Part shown: one piece after another, positions 42,880 through 55,728 of the stretch
How the letters are laid out: the number at the start of each line of letters is the position of its first letter
How positions within the stretch are numbered: the stretch's first letter is position 1
Source: Microthyrium microscopicum
Lineage: Eukaryota
Length of the DNA stretch: 64,000 nt
Direction: 5' to 3'
Assembly (NCBI GenBank): GCA_010405405.1
Contig: MU004231.1
Span: 422,153 to 486,152, forward strand
Program-made: the position numbers and the translations under genes
The notes under the pieces: generated by a model
Told to the model about the DNA's origin: nothing
The model's database searches: none
Seen by the model: only the letters and a program-made list of their open reading frames with translations

Positions 42880-43770
42880 CTACTTATTAGCTTTATTCTA
42901 AGAGCATAATTTATATGCTAAATACTATATATTCCTCCCTAAAGACTATTGCTAAAAATCTACTTATTAGCTTTATTCTAAGAATATAATTCGCGTGCTA
43001 AATACTATACATTCCTCCCTAAAGACTACTACTAAAAATCCGCTTGCTAGCTTTATTCTAAGAATACAATTTGCGTACTAAATACTATATATCCTTCCCT
43101 AAAGACTATTGCCAAAAATCCGCTTACTAGCTTTATTCTAAGAATATAATTCGCTACGTTAAATACTATTATATCCCTTCCTAAAGACTATCGCCAAAAT
43201 CTGCTCGCTAGCTTCATTCTAAGAATATGATTTACTATGCTAAATACTATTATATTCCTCTCTAAAGACTATTGCCAAAATCTACTTACTAGCTTTATTC
43301 TAAGAACATAATTCGCTACGCTAAATATTATTATATCCCTCCCTAAAGACTATTACTAAATATCTACTTACTAGCCTTCTTTTAATAGTATTATTTATAC
43401 AATATAAGAATATATCTTACTCCCTAAAGACTGCTACTAAAAGTCTACTTGTTAGCGTTCTTCTAATAATATTATTTATATAATATAAGAATATATCTTA
43501 CTTCCTAAAGATTGTTACTAAAAGTCTACTTGCTAGCATTTTTCTAATAGTATTATTTATACAATATAAGACTATATCTTGCTTCCTAAAGACTATTACT
43601 AAAAGTTTGCTTACTAGCTTTCTTCTAATAGTATTATTTATATAATATAAGAATATATCTTACTTCCTAAAGATTACTACTAAAAGTCTACTTGCTAGCG
43701 TTCTTCTAATAGTATTATTTATATAATATAAGACTATATCTTCCTCTTAAATACTACTACTAAAACCTTC
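42880..43770. repeat. 80-82-bp tandem array, ~11 units of two graded subtypes
   Basis: CTAAAGA(C/T)T anchors at 42939, 43019, 43099, 43181, 43262, 43343, 43424, 43505, 43586, 43667. The unit interior switches near 43365. Confidence 0.95.
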
Positions 43771-43954
43771 TTAATGCCTAATAATAAACTAATATATTAA
43801 CTATAAATATATACTCCCTAGCGTAGTAAAGATTACTTTAAATAAAGCTCTTATTATAGGTTATTAACTAGTATTTTAGTAGCTAATAATATATATATTT
43901 CCTATTTCTTAGTACTTACTATAAGTTATTACTAACTTATTAATTATTAAGAAA

Positions 43955-44460
43955 TACTACATATTATATACTATAACTTGTACTCATTTTTCTTTTAAAC
44001 TACTACTAAATATCTTTCTACTTTTAAATATTAAGAGATACTATATATTGTATACTATAACTTATACTTATTTTTCCTTTAGACTACTACTAAATATTTT
44101 CCTACTTTTAAATATTAAAAGATACTATATATTGTATACTATAACTTATACTTATTTTTCTTTTAGATTGCTACTAAATATCTTCCTATTCTTAAATATT
44201 AAGAGATATAGTATATTATCTATCCTTATTTACGCTTATTTTTCTTAATACTATTACTAAATATTTCCTTGTTATAGACTATTAAGAGATATAGTATACT
44301 ACTTACTCTTACTTATGCTTATTTTTCTTAGTATTATTACTAAATACTTCCTTATTATAAATTATTAAGAGATATAGTATATTGCCTATCTTTACTTACG
44401 CTTATTTTTTATAGTACTACTACTAAATACTTCCTTATTATAGTTCTTTAAGAAATACAA
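43955..44460. repeat. Tandem array of three ~84-bp units grading into three ~80-bp units
   Basis: CTA(C/T)TACTAAATA..T.CCT..T....TATTAAGAGATA recurs. The 28-aa repeat ORF 44048-44248 reflects the 84-bp period. Confidence 0.88.
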
Positions 44461-44469
44461 TAAAGTACT

Positions 44470-45900
44470 TAATAATAATAGGACTTCTTTTTTCTTTAGC
44501 GCTATATTTAAAGGTATATCTTTATTAAAGTCTAAGTAATATAGTAAGTAGCCTAGTAGCGCGTATTATTTATTTCTTTCTAAATATCCTTATCCTTTAA
44601 AGTTATAATAGTAAATTATATAGTTAATTATATTACTGTTTGCTAGCCTCTTTATTAGCTATATTTCTTTCTATTTTAAAAACTTATATTCTAAATTACT
44701 TATATAGTTAAACACTTATATACTAAATCTATCTCTATCTTTTCTTTATATTAAACTATAGTATAGAACTTCTTAAAAGCTATATCTTCTTATTTAAGTA
44801 TTCTTTAACGTAAGATTATAGCACTATCTTATAAACTAGTAAGCTCTAATTCTCTAAGAATAGATATCAATATTATAATATTTAAAATTTAGAGTTTAAA
44901 GTAAGTATTATCCTTCTAATATATTAAACGTAGTCTTTCTATATACTAACTCTATTATAATCTAGAGAATTAGAAATATTAAGTCTCTATACTAAACTAG
45001 TACTACTTATAATAGCTAAAGACAAGATCTTTATAGTTAAATTTAATTACTATAGTATACCTATCTAAGCCCTATTTAATCTTATACGCTATAAACTAAG
45101 CAATAGCTAATAATATGCTTATCCTTTCCTCCTTAATAATTCTAGATATAGCAAAGTAAAGCATATACACTATAGCGCATCCCTTAACTTACTAATAATA
45201 ATTAAAGATATATTTATTATTATTAGTTTATAAGAAGAAGTTCTATAATCTATTATAGAATTAGTTTTTAGACGCTAGCCCTTTTAGTATAGCTATTCTT
45301 AAAACTATAGCTAATAGTATTACGACGTAGTAAGTGCTTTATATATAGACAAAGTCTTTAAATCATAGCGTCTAGAACATAATACTATTTATAGTGCCTA
45401 CAAGTAGATTAAGGTATAAAGATATCCTTAGGATACCTATAAGTCCTTAGTTCTAATATTAAAATAATATAACTAATAGAGACCACCCCTAGTATTTACG
45501 AGATAAAATAATAGATAGCTTATAGCAATATTCTTACAAGCTTATTAAATCTAATTACTATACTAATACCTAGTTAAATTCCTAACAAGCTCGTAGCCTC
45601 TATTAATAACCTTTTAAGCTTATTAACAAATATTGTTCTAAGACCTAGTAAGAGCTTTTATGAGAGGACTATACTATAATTAAGTTCTAAAGGGTTTCTT
45701 ATAGTACTTAAAGGAGGTATTAAAGTATAAATACTACTTTAATAACTTACTTAGTAAACACGCGTACTCTATGCTAAATTATTATAACGAGTTAATATAC
45801 TATCCTTTAGCACGTCTTTAAACTTATTATAATAGGTTAAAGAGGATATAAAGCTTAATATTAAGGCTAAAAGATATAAGAATAACTTATTTTATAATAT
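44470..45900 (-). pseudogene. Probable decayed coding region of unknown product, running into the 42.9-44.5 kb arrays
   Basis: One minus frame from 45900 reads protein-like for over 200 codons, interrupted only by RIP-type TAA/TAG. No motif recognised. Confidence 0.35.
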
Positions 45901-46809
45901 AGGAGTATTTAGTAAAGTATATTAGTTATTTATTAACTCTTCTACTAATATTCTATATAGACGTATATTAAAGAAGAAGAAGTAGAAGAAGTTAAATATT
46001 AAAAAGATTAAGTAGTTAAATATACACGATTTATTAGCTTCCTTTTATTAGATATAGAGTTACTCTAGGCTTTAATATTACTTCTAATAGTTTAGCCTTT
46101 CAAACCTTAAAGGTTTAAATATATTATCTACTACTTTATTAAGAAACATCTCTACTTAGACGTAGCTATACCTCTACTAAAAGTAATAATAGTATATAGA
46201 CTAATTAAAGTCGTATCTACTTAATATAATCTAGTAGACTCTAGTCCTAACGCCTTAATCTACTATAATAACTAAGGTCTAAGTAAGAGACTTAGAGCTA
46301 CTTAGATATAGTATACTATATTTAGATAAGGTGCTAATAATTAAAGTAGTAGAAATTAATATATCTTACTTATATTAAGAAGTTAGAAAAGTATAGTCTA
46401 GTAAAGTTATTACTATTTAATTATAAATCTTTTATATTCTAATAAGATATTAGAAGATATTTAAAGATATAAACTAATAAGATGCCTTTAAACTTAAGGG
46501 TTACTATATAAGATAACTCTTATAGAACGCTCTAAACGTTACTTCTAATATTAAAGTTCTAACCTCTCTCTATAAGAGAAAGACACTAATTCTATATTAC
46601 CTCTAGCTCTATTATAACTTATCTAACTATAAGCTTTAAGTAGTTAAAAGTCTTAATATAAGTAGTACCTCCTTAGCTAACTATATTAGTTTATAACTAA
46701 TAATATATTAGGCCTTTATTCCTAGTAGTATAGTAATAGCTAATATATTCTTACTAACTAGCAACTAGTACAAACTTACTATATTTACTACTTCTAATAG
46801 CTTTATAAC

Positions 46810-47860
46810 GCGCTTTAACGTAATAGCTATCTATTAAGGCTTTACTAACAACGTAACGTTTAACTACTAGAGCTTTAATAAATAAACCTAGAATACTTAT
46901 AGCTATAGTACTTTAATGCGATAGCTATCTATTAAGGCTTTACTAGTAATGTAACGTTTAACTACTAAAGCCTTAATAAATAGACCTAGAACACTCATAG
47001 CTATAGTACTTTAACGCAATAGCCGTCTATTAAGGCTTTACTAGCAACGCAACGTTTGACTACTAAAGCCTTAATAAATAGACCTAGAATACCTATAGCT
47101 ATAGTACTTCAACGTAATAGCCGTCTATTAAGGCTTTACTAGCAACGCAACGTTTAATTACTAGAGCCTTAATAAATAGACCTAGAATACTTATAGCTAT
47201 AATGCTTTAACGTAATAGCTATCTATTAAGGCTTTACTAGCAACGTAACGTTTAACTACTAGAGTAAGAGTAATAGGCTTAGAATAAACTATAGCTATAG
47301 TGCTTCAACGTAATAGCTATTTATTAAGGCTTTATTAGCAACGTAACGTTTAACTACTAGAGTAAGAGTAATAGGCTTAGAACAAACTATTACTATTATG
47401 CTAGCTACCTAGCTAACTATAGCAACTTTACTAGCTATATAACCTTCTACCACTAAGGTAAGAATAATAAGCTTAGAGCAAACTATTCCTAGCTTAGCTA
47501 AGTATACTAACGTTATAAGCTTACAACCTTCTACTACTAGGGCGAGAATAATAAGCTTAGAGTAAACTATTCTTAGCCTAGCTAAGTATACTAACGTTAT
47601 AAGCTTATAACCTTTTATTACTAGAGCAAGAATAATAGGCTTAGAGTAAACTATTTCTAGCTTAGCTAAGTATACTAACTTTATAAGCTTATAACTTTCT
47701 ACTACTAGAGTAAGAATAATAAGCTTAGGGCAAATTATTTCTAGCTTAGCTAAGTATATTAACTTTATAAGCTTATAACCTTTTACTACTAGAGAAAGAA
47801 TAATAAGCTTAAGGTAAATTATTCCTAGCCTAGCTAAGTATACTAACTTTATAAGCTACG
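46810..47860. repeat. Composite array: six 98-bp hairpin-containing units grading into five 84-bp units
   Basis: (C/T)TATTAAGGC at 46831, 46929, 47027, 47125, 47223, 47321. AGAATAAT at 47461, 47545, 47629, 47713, 47797. Confidence 0.96.
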
Positions 47861-50800
47861 TAACGTTTAACTATTAGAGCTAGTAAGTTAAATATTAGCC
47901 TTAATTATTCTAATAAGCTACGTTAGTTATATAATAATTAATTACTAGAATAAGATTAACGAGCTAGAAGTATAGTAGACCTAAATATTATAATGACTAA
48001 ATAATATATAAGTATTTGTAACTTATTTAGCTTATGCGAATAAGCCTAAAACTAAAACCTAAGGAAGAATATATAGCTATAAGATATATATCTACATCTA
48101 GCACTAGCTTAATAATATATTCTTTTCTAGTATAATAATAAGTTAGGCATAGATTAAGGAATAGTTTTAATACTTTAACTATAAGTTAGAATCTCTCTTA
48201 TTACTTTATTATTCTTTACTAACTCTAAGCCTTAGATAGCTATATATAAAATAATTATAATAGAATCTCTAATATTATATATACTAAATTATTTACTAGC
48301 TTATACCTACTCATACTTATTCTAGTTATTATTAAGTAGTCCTACTTTAGTTAAGTTAATATTCTATAGTAAACTCTATAAGAGAGTAAGTTAAACTCTC
48401 TATATTACGTACTACTAAGGTAAAGAACTATTCCTAGTATTCTATTAGCTAAGATCTTCTAATAAGTTCTAATATTAGATTGTATTATATTAAATAAAAA
48501 TAAAACTAACCTTACTACTAACCTAACTAACTAGTAGTCTACTAATAATAATAATTTATAATTACTAATAACTTATAATTACTAATAGCCTATAATTATA
48601 ATTCTTATTCGTTCTAGACGCTAGGAAATAGCTCCTTAAAGAGAATATTTCCTACTAAGTAAGATAAACCTAAATTACGTATAAAGTCTTTATTATATAA
48701 TCTTACTAAGTACTTACTAAAATCCTAAGTACCTAACGCGTATTTATATTATAACCTATATTTGTTCTATACTTCTTTATAACCTCTATTGTTCTAGCAT
48801 TAGTTCTTTCTCTATCTATATCTTATACAATATATTAAAACTATCTATAAAAAAGATAGTTACTATCTAATATTAGCTCTATTATCTTTTTGCCTAACGT
48901 AGATTATACGTTATATAATAATATAAAAGTAGAGCATAGGATATACTTAAACTAAGACTTTAGCTTTAATTAATATAATCTAACTAAAAGGTAATAATAA
49001 TACATATAGGTAGAAAGTAATAGTAAATACTAGAGTAATAGAAGAAGTAAAATATAAGCAATATTAAGAAGCATATAGAATAAGTATAAAAAAACGTTAA
49101 GATTATATATACTACTTTAAAGAATCTATACTAACTATAGTTCTATAGGAAGTAGATTAACGTTTTATTTAGGTAGGCTACTACTATAATTCTTTCTATA
49201 TAGAGTAAGCTAAAGTACCTAGTAGTTCTATTATTAATACTTATACTAAATACGTTACTTCTAAGCTTATAGATATATCTTCTACCTCTATCTCTTCTTT
49301 AGGAAGTACTTTTAAATAAGCTAAGATAAGGTAGAAAACGCATCTAAGGCTAAAGGTACTTTTATATAAGCTAATCCTCCTAAAGAGACTTATAGAGGTA
49401 AATAATATATCTACGTTAGGAGGATTATATATATATCTTAAGTATAAATCCTTATTACGGCTCTATTCTTCCTTAATCTTATCTAAATTATAACTACTAT
49501 AAGGAGCAAGTCTACTTAAGAGATAGGTAAAGAACATTCTATATAAATAGTAGTATAAGAAAATACGCAAACTACTATAATTATCTCTTCCTTTCTATAG
49601 TAGGCATATACTACCCAATTCTTTAGTAATTATAGTAACTAAAGTAGCTAGCAATGCTATAACCTTATATAAGTTATAAATATCTTATTAGATATAGAGG
49701 AAACTATAGCTATTAAACCCTTCCTAATTCCTTACTTATATTATACTACAAAGTAGTATATAAGCTATAGCCACTAGATCTAGCATTGCTAAAGTTCAAA
49801 TCTATATGAAAATTTACTAGTAAGTTTCCTTCCCTATTTATTAATTAATATAAATAGTTATATTAATAGCCTAGATTTAGACCTACATACGCTCTTTCTT
49901 ACTAATTAATTATAAACATATAAATAGTATACTTATTAAACTCTACTTTAGTAAGATTCTAGAGTCATTACCTTACTACGTAAGTAGTCTTTAAATAAGT
50001 GCTTTAATTAGTACATATGCCTTCTAGGTCTATCTATTATAAGAAACAATAAACCTTAAAACTACCTATTAGTTATTTAGAAATAGTAATATTTAAGAAA
50101 GCTAGCTAGCATCTTACTTTAATAATAACCTTAGCAAGAAGTAAACATCTAATGTCTAATAAGCTTACTAGATCTACTCTACTATCTACCTATATACTAC
50201 TATAGCTCCCTCCCTTAGTAATATATATATATAAACGTTACTAATAACTCTTTAGTAATTAGAGAGAACTACTACTAAGTTAGAAGCAATATATAGGGCA
50301 ATTAATAGTCGTAGTCTAGGTTACGCTAATATATAGTACCTAAACATTAGAAAGGTAAAGATCTTACTAAATAAAGAGAATAAGCAAGCTAGTAAGTATA
50401 TTATTTAGTTATAACTTTCTATATACTTTACTTATATTACTCTTTTTGCCTATCCTCTTTCCTTCTTAAGTAATACTTAGAATACTCTTAAACTTTACTA
50501 TATTTACTTCTCTAATAGTACTTTTCTTACTACTTTTAGCTACTATAGCTTCTTATTAAATATTTATATAGTAAGAAGTTAAAAGAATTAGCATAGAGGC
50601 TAGCAGAATAACCTTAATAATTAATAGAATTAAAGATACCTAATTATGCTCTTTACCTACCCTACGATAGAGTTAAAATATAGCTAATTAACTCTATAGA
50701 AATAGTATTAATAGCTACTATAGCGTGCTAGCTGTGCTATTTATTTACCTTATAATAAAGCTAATATATAGCTAATTAACTTAATAGAACTAGTATTAAT

Positions 50801-52149
50801 AACTAGCGCAACGCGCTAGCTATACTATCTACTTATAAATTAATGACTTTAATACCTAAGTAATTAATCCTACTAAGTTAGTGTTAATAGTTAGCGTAAG
50901 GCGTAATATATAGCGCTATTAATACCTACTACGTAATTACCTAATAGATTATATAGAAGGAGCAATAGGAGCACTTTAAAATAATTTATTAAATAGAGAA
51001 AGTAATTTAACTATGCTTATAATATTACTAAAGTAAATAAAGTAAATCTACCTATTATAAGTCTTAGAGGTCCTAAATATAGTAATAGGTATATACTTCT
51101 TAATAGGATTACTAAACTCTAAAAGCTTACTAGACTATTAAGAGCATAACATATTATTACTATTTATAGATATATACTACTTCTTCTTCTCCTTCCTTTT
51201 CCTTAACGATTACTTCCCTTAGGTTCCTATATAGTGGAGCTATTATTTCCATCCTAATAACGATAGGTAATAGTAGCTAATTAAAAACTCTCTAAGACGT
51301 TAACTACCGCCTAATAGTAGTTATAACTACTACTAGACTAAATAGTTAATAAACCTTCTACTATACCCTACTAACCTAGACTAATATTAATATCCTTATT
51401 ACCTTAAATGCTATAGCTAATACTAGAGTAGAAAGTTAGGAACTATCTCCTTAAAACTAGCCTACGCCTTTATTAATTTCCTTACTACTTTAGACGTATA
51501 TATAGTATATTTTACTATACTATAACTTTATTAGACAATATACTAACTTCTTCCTAAGATAAGGCTATATTAAAGCTAAAGGAGGCTACTACTCTATCTA
51601 TGGTAGGAGAAACCTAAGCACTAACTATTCTTAGACAAAACTTAAAATATTATAGAACTAATACGAGATAGAATATAATTATCTATTGTTCTATATATTA
51701 CTTTATAGAGAATCCTATATTATAATAAGTAAGGCTAAGACGTTAATTCAAACTATTAATATAAATAACATTAGTTTACCTAGTAGCATAAAATTACCCT
51801 TATCTCTATACTTTAAGTTAACCTAGAATGAGCCTAAACTAATAAATAGATATAACTAATGCTTAAATAGGAAATTATAGCGACTCTAAACTCCTCTATA
51901 TTTAACGTATAATAAAGGTTAATATACTATCCTATATCTAGGACGCGCTTAGAGTTATCTATTAAATTAATCCTATTATAAAAATAAGAAAGTATTCGTT
52001 AGTAAGGCTAAATTAAATAGCGTAATCCTATTAGCTAATATTATCTTACATTATCTTATATTATCTAACATTTTCTAATATTAATTAGATTATATTATAA
52101 TAGATAAGATCTTATTATATCCTACTATAATTTTAACTTTATATGAATT

Positions 52150-55100
52150 ATAACTAAAATAGAAACCTTAGATAAATATATATTTATAAATTAACTTCTA
52201 TAGCTTTAAATACGCTAGGATTATCTCTATTAAATAATATATTGCCTATAGTCTCCTTTATAGCAATCTCTTCTTATACATCTAAGTCGTTACTATTAAC
52301 GTCTTAGTTAAGAATATTAATAGGCCTAGTTATAATATTATTTCCTATATAATCTTGCCTAATAGTAGTTTTACGATTAAAAGACTTAGCTTTAATATTA
52401 AGCTTATTAAGTCCTATCCTCTTTATATCTAGTAAGTTATAATATAGGCTATAGTTCTTAATTATAAACTAGGGTTAAGACTTCGTAAGGCTATCTTTAA
52501 TTAGATTCTAGCATAATAAGAATATATTATACTCCGTACTAGTATTAGTATACTTATTACTAGCCTTATATATAAATGTACGCATAAATGCGTTTTATAA
52601 ATAATATATATATATATTATAGAGGTAGACTCTATTAAATATTACCTTAACATTATAAGTTAAGTTACTAAACGACTTTATATCTTTACTATAGTTGCTA
52701 TTTAAATACTCTAATCTAAGATCTATAAGCTTAAAGGAGTTCTTATAGCCTTCTTAGTTAACTAAGCTTAAGGCTAGAATAGACCTTTAAAGTTTAAGAG
52801 TATTTATATTAAATAAGTTCTACCTAAGCTATAGTATTTTATCCCTATAGTTATTCTAACTAGTACTATAAAAGTAAATAGTTAGGGAGTTAACTAAAAG
52901 GCGTAAAAGTCTAATATTACTATACCTAAGGGCATATTATATAGTTAAAAGTAACTTAATCTCTTACAAGTACTAGTATATAATTTAGAACTTAATATTA
53001 TTACTCCTATCTAGGCGCCTATCCTATACTTCTCTTATAAAGGCTATTTAATAAATATCTTTAATAATCTTATTAAACTATTCTAAGGATAATCTATTAA
53101 TATAAGATTTAAGTAGTTCTAGGACAATAAAGAATAAATTATTAATACGCCTAAGATAGTAATCTTTCTAGTCCATACTCTATAAAAACAATACTAGGAC
53201 TCTACTACTAAATCCTTATATTAAGATAAGAATAACCTAATAGGTTTAGGTATTATTACGCTTTCTATAGCTTTATCCCTATATACTAACGTTATATATA
53301 ATAGAATATAGAGCTAGTATATTAACTTTAGAAGAATCCTAATAGGTTTAAATAATATAGAAGAAGTAGTTTATATATATATAGAACTACTTAGGAACTA
53401 GATAAAGGAACTTCCTTAAATCGTATAATTATATTTTATTAAATGCCTTAGCCTTAATAGAGCAATTAATCTTTATGCTTAACTAATTACTATAGGTAAG
53501 AAATAGCCTCTTTCTAAAGATCCTAGTACTTAGATCTAACGCTTATAAACTATTAGTAGAGTTTTTATTACTAACTATATCTAAGATGCTAGATAATGAT
53601 ACTAGTACGAAATCTACTAAAGGAATACTATATCTAAGATTAGAAGACGTACTTATATTACTAATAGACTTAATATCTATACTGCCTTCTTTATTAGACG
53701 CCTCTCTAATTTTACTATTATTAAGCTTGTTTACGTTATTATCTTTAACATTAATCTACTTATTATTATAGTTATTATCTTTAAAGCTACTACTAGATAG
53801 GAATATATTCTTAAATATATCTACGTTAGATTCATTCTAGCTAGAGATATAATAAACTAATAAACTCTTACTATATATTTAGGCAAAAGATAAATAGGCT
53901 ACACTAGATAAAGAGGCGTCTAGTCTAGAATTAGATAGAAAGAATAAAATAGACGCTATAATATCTAATAATAAGGCTATGTCTCCTATATTATTAATTA
54001 AAGGTTTTAGAAAGCTAAAATATTATAAGAAGATTTCATTATATACTTAGTAAGTACTATCTATTATTCCTTTATTCTCTATAATAGTATTAAGCTAATT
54101 AAACTCTATCTTATATAGTACAAGTATATTAATATCTAGTATACTAGGCTAGTATTTATCTTTTTTATGCTTTATAATCTAAGGTTTAATAATATCTAGA
54201 ATACTACATTTTAAAGCGTCTATAATAAGGTACTAGCTAATAGTTTTAATATATTTACCTTCTTAGCTATTAGCCTTTACTAATAGGCCTTCCTATATTA
54301 ATTTCTAGTTAAACTCCTTTATTAAATTATATATATTTTATATTAGTCCTTCTAGAGGTAAAGATAGATAGATTATAATAATAGTAGTAGTAATAGCTAC
54401 TATAGTTATAATATTACCTACTATCTTATTACGCTTATAAGATATAAAGTTTATATTATTATAATATAAGATAGCTTAATAGTTTAGTACGCATTATCTA
54501 ATATTTCTCTATATATTAGGTATTAGCAATATATAAGTTCTTTTAAGGTTATAAACTTAAGATTTTTAAAGATCTTATAAGATATATAAAGATCTTATAA
54601 TATATTTAAAGATCTTACAACATATTTAAAAATCTTATAAGATCTTATATTTAATACTAAGTATAATACTATTATATACTAAGGCTTATCTTAAAACCTT
54701 CTTTATATACCTTAGTATAGTCTTATAACTAGTATATACTCTAAGAGCTACTAGTAAGTCTATAACCTATCTCTTTATACCTAACCTAAGTAAATAGATA
54801 CTAAGCGTTACTACTAAATAGTTATTTATCTCTCTACTTCGCTAATAAAGAATAATTACTATAATTATATATATAAGCTTCTATTTTAGCTTATTACTCT
54901 ATTTATATGTCTTATAGTTCTAATTACGTATAAGTTTATAAAGAAAGGCTATCTAAATAGGTATAGTATTCCTTATCTTTTTAATAGCTTTCTTAAAGTT
55001 AATATTTATACTATCTACTCTACTACTAAAGCGGTTAAAACCTATAAGTTTTATAAAGACGTAAAACTCTATCTATAGTCTAGAATTAGTATAATACTTT

Positions 55101-55580
55101 AGCAAAATCCTATTACTTAATAACTCTTCTATAACGTTCTTTAAAAACGTATAGTAAGTAGTAACATTAGCGTATAGGTTGCTATTAAGAATAATATTAT
55201 TATAACTATCTTTTTAGCTAGCCTACGATAGAAGAAACGATTTTATAGTTATCTTCTAATCTTAGATATATTTTAGTATTATAGTAAGCTTTTATTTAGC
55301 TAAATTTAGGCTCCGCCATAGTGTTATTATTACCGCTAGTTATAAACAACCTAATAGTTTAGCATTATTAGGCTCATGTTAAATTCTACTTAAGGTATTC
55401 CTAGGATTTATTATAGTTATTATATTACTAGAGATATATAAATATAGACTCTTTATTATTATAAAGATAAATCTATCTTTACTACTATTATTACTAAAGA
55501 GAGGCACGCCTAGCCTATATAGAAATTAGGTTATCTCTATAAGACCTTCCTCTACGACGCGTACTTTTAATAGAAAGTAT
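52150..55580 (-). pseudogene. RIP-inactivated DUF6589-family protein (putative DDE transposase, Academ-like)
   Basis: Ordered de-RIP motifs on the minus strand: L(G)IYLL(GS)GIKR(R)VIDLL(A)AL(G)V(C)TSYKT at ~54725-54805, a probable intron with 10/20-bp repeats at ~54490-54690, Y(D)NINF at ~54455, EN(E)G(T)ID(G)TY at ~54065, (HGDQ)LS at ~53485, (P)VPK(W)F(H)I.(M)N at ~53385, (GD)I(G)LL at ~52915, ID L(G)LE(H)LN at ~52700-52726. N-terminal RR(G)GR(PR) near 55545. Confidence 0.85.
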
Positions 55581-55728
55581 AATTTATAAAATTAATAAAG
55601 AAAAAGACAATAATTATAATAATAGTAGAATTATTAAAAATATATATATATTAGTAGTAAGGACATGGTTATAATAATATAGGCATTTACTAACAACCAC
55701 GAAGCGCGTCGCACTAAAAAGGTCCGAG

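Larger units (their letters stand above)
1..55690. mobile_element. RIP-degenerated AT-rich block made of fossil DNA-transposon and cargo genes
   Basis: CA/TG dinucleotides are nearly absent and TA, TAA, TAG are in great excess. The ORF track has only two short ORFs in 55 kb. Composition switches abruptly to normal GC at ~55,690. Transposase-like relics lie inside. The block continues past the left window edge. Confidence 0.93.

Noticed and set aside
44048..44248. 66-aa ORF with a 28-aa repeat
   Set aside because: A chance stop-free frame across the RIP-mutated 84-bp array; the Y/I/L/F composition simply reflects AT richness.
45430..45540. Ulp1-like LVN..GG.HW reading on the minus strand
   Set aside because: It lies in a different frame from the long protein-like frame, and no downstream catalytic Cys motif was found.
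41685..47860. CRISPR-like appearance of the regular arrays
   Set aside because: Units are repeated along their whole length with no unique spacers, no cas genes are present and the context is eukaryotic.
53586..53771. 61-aa Leu-rich ORF
   Set aside because: Antisense to an acidic low-complexity insertion of the DUF6589 relic.
1..55690. Organellar DNA, AT-rich bacterial DNA, or an alternative genetic code with TAA/TAG read-through
   Set aside because: Specific CpA/TpG loss, transition-dominated differences among repeat copies, stops at Gln/Trp/Arg positions and the junction to intron-containing fungal genes all point to RIP.
1..55690. Starship captain (DUF3435) or LTR/LINE retrotransposon relics
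   Set aside because: No tyrosine-recombinase, RT or integrase motifs were recognised by eye. Several segments remain unidentified, so absence is not proven.
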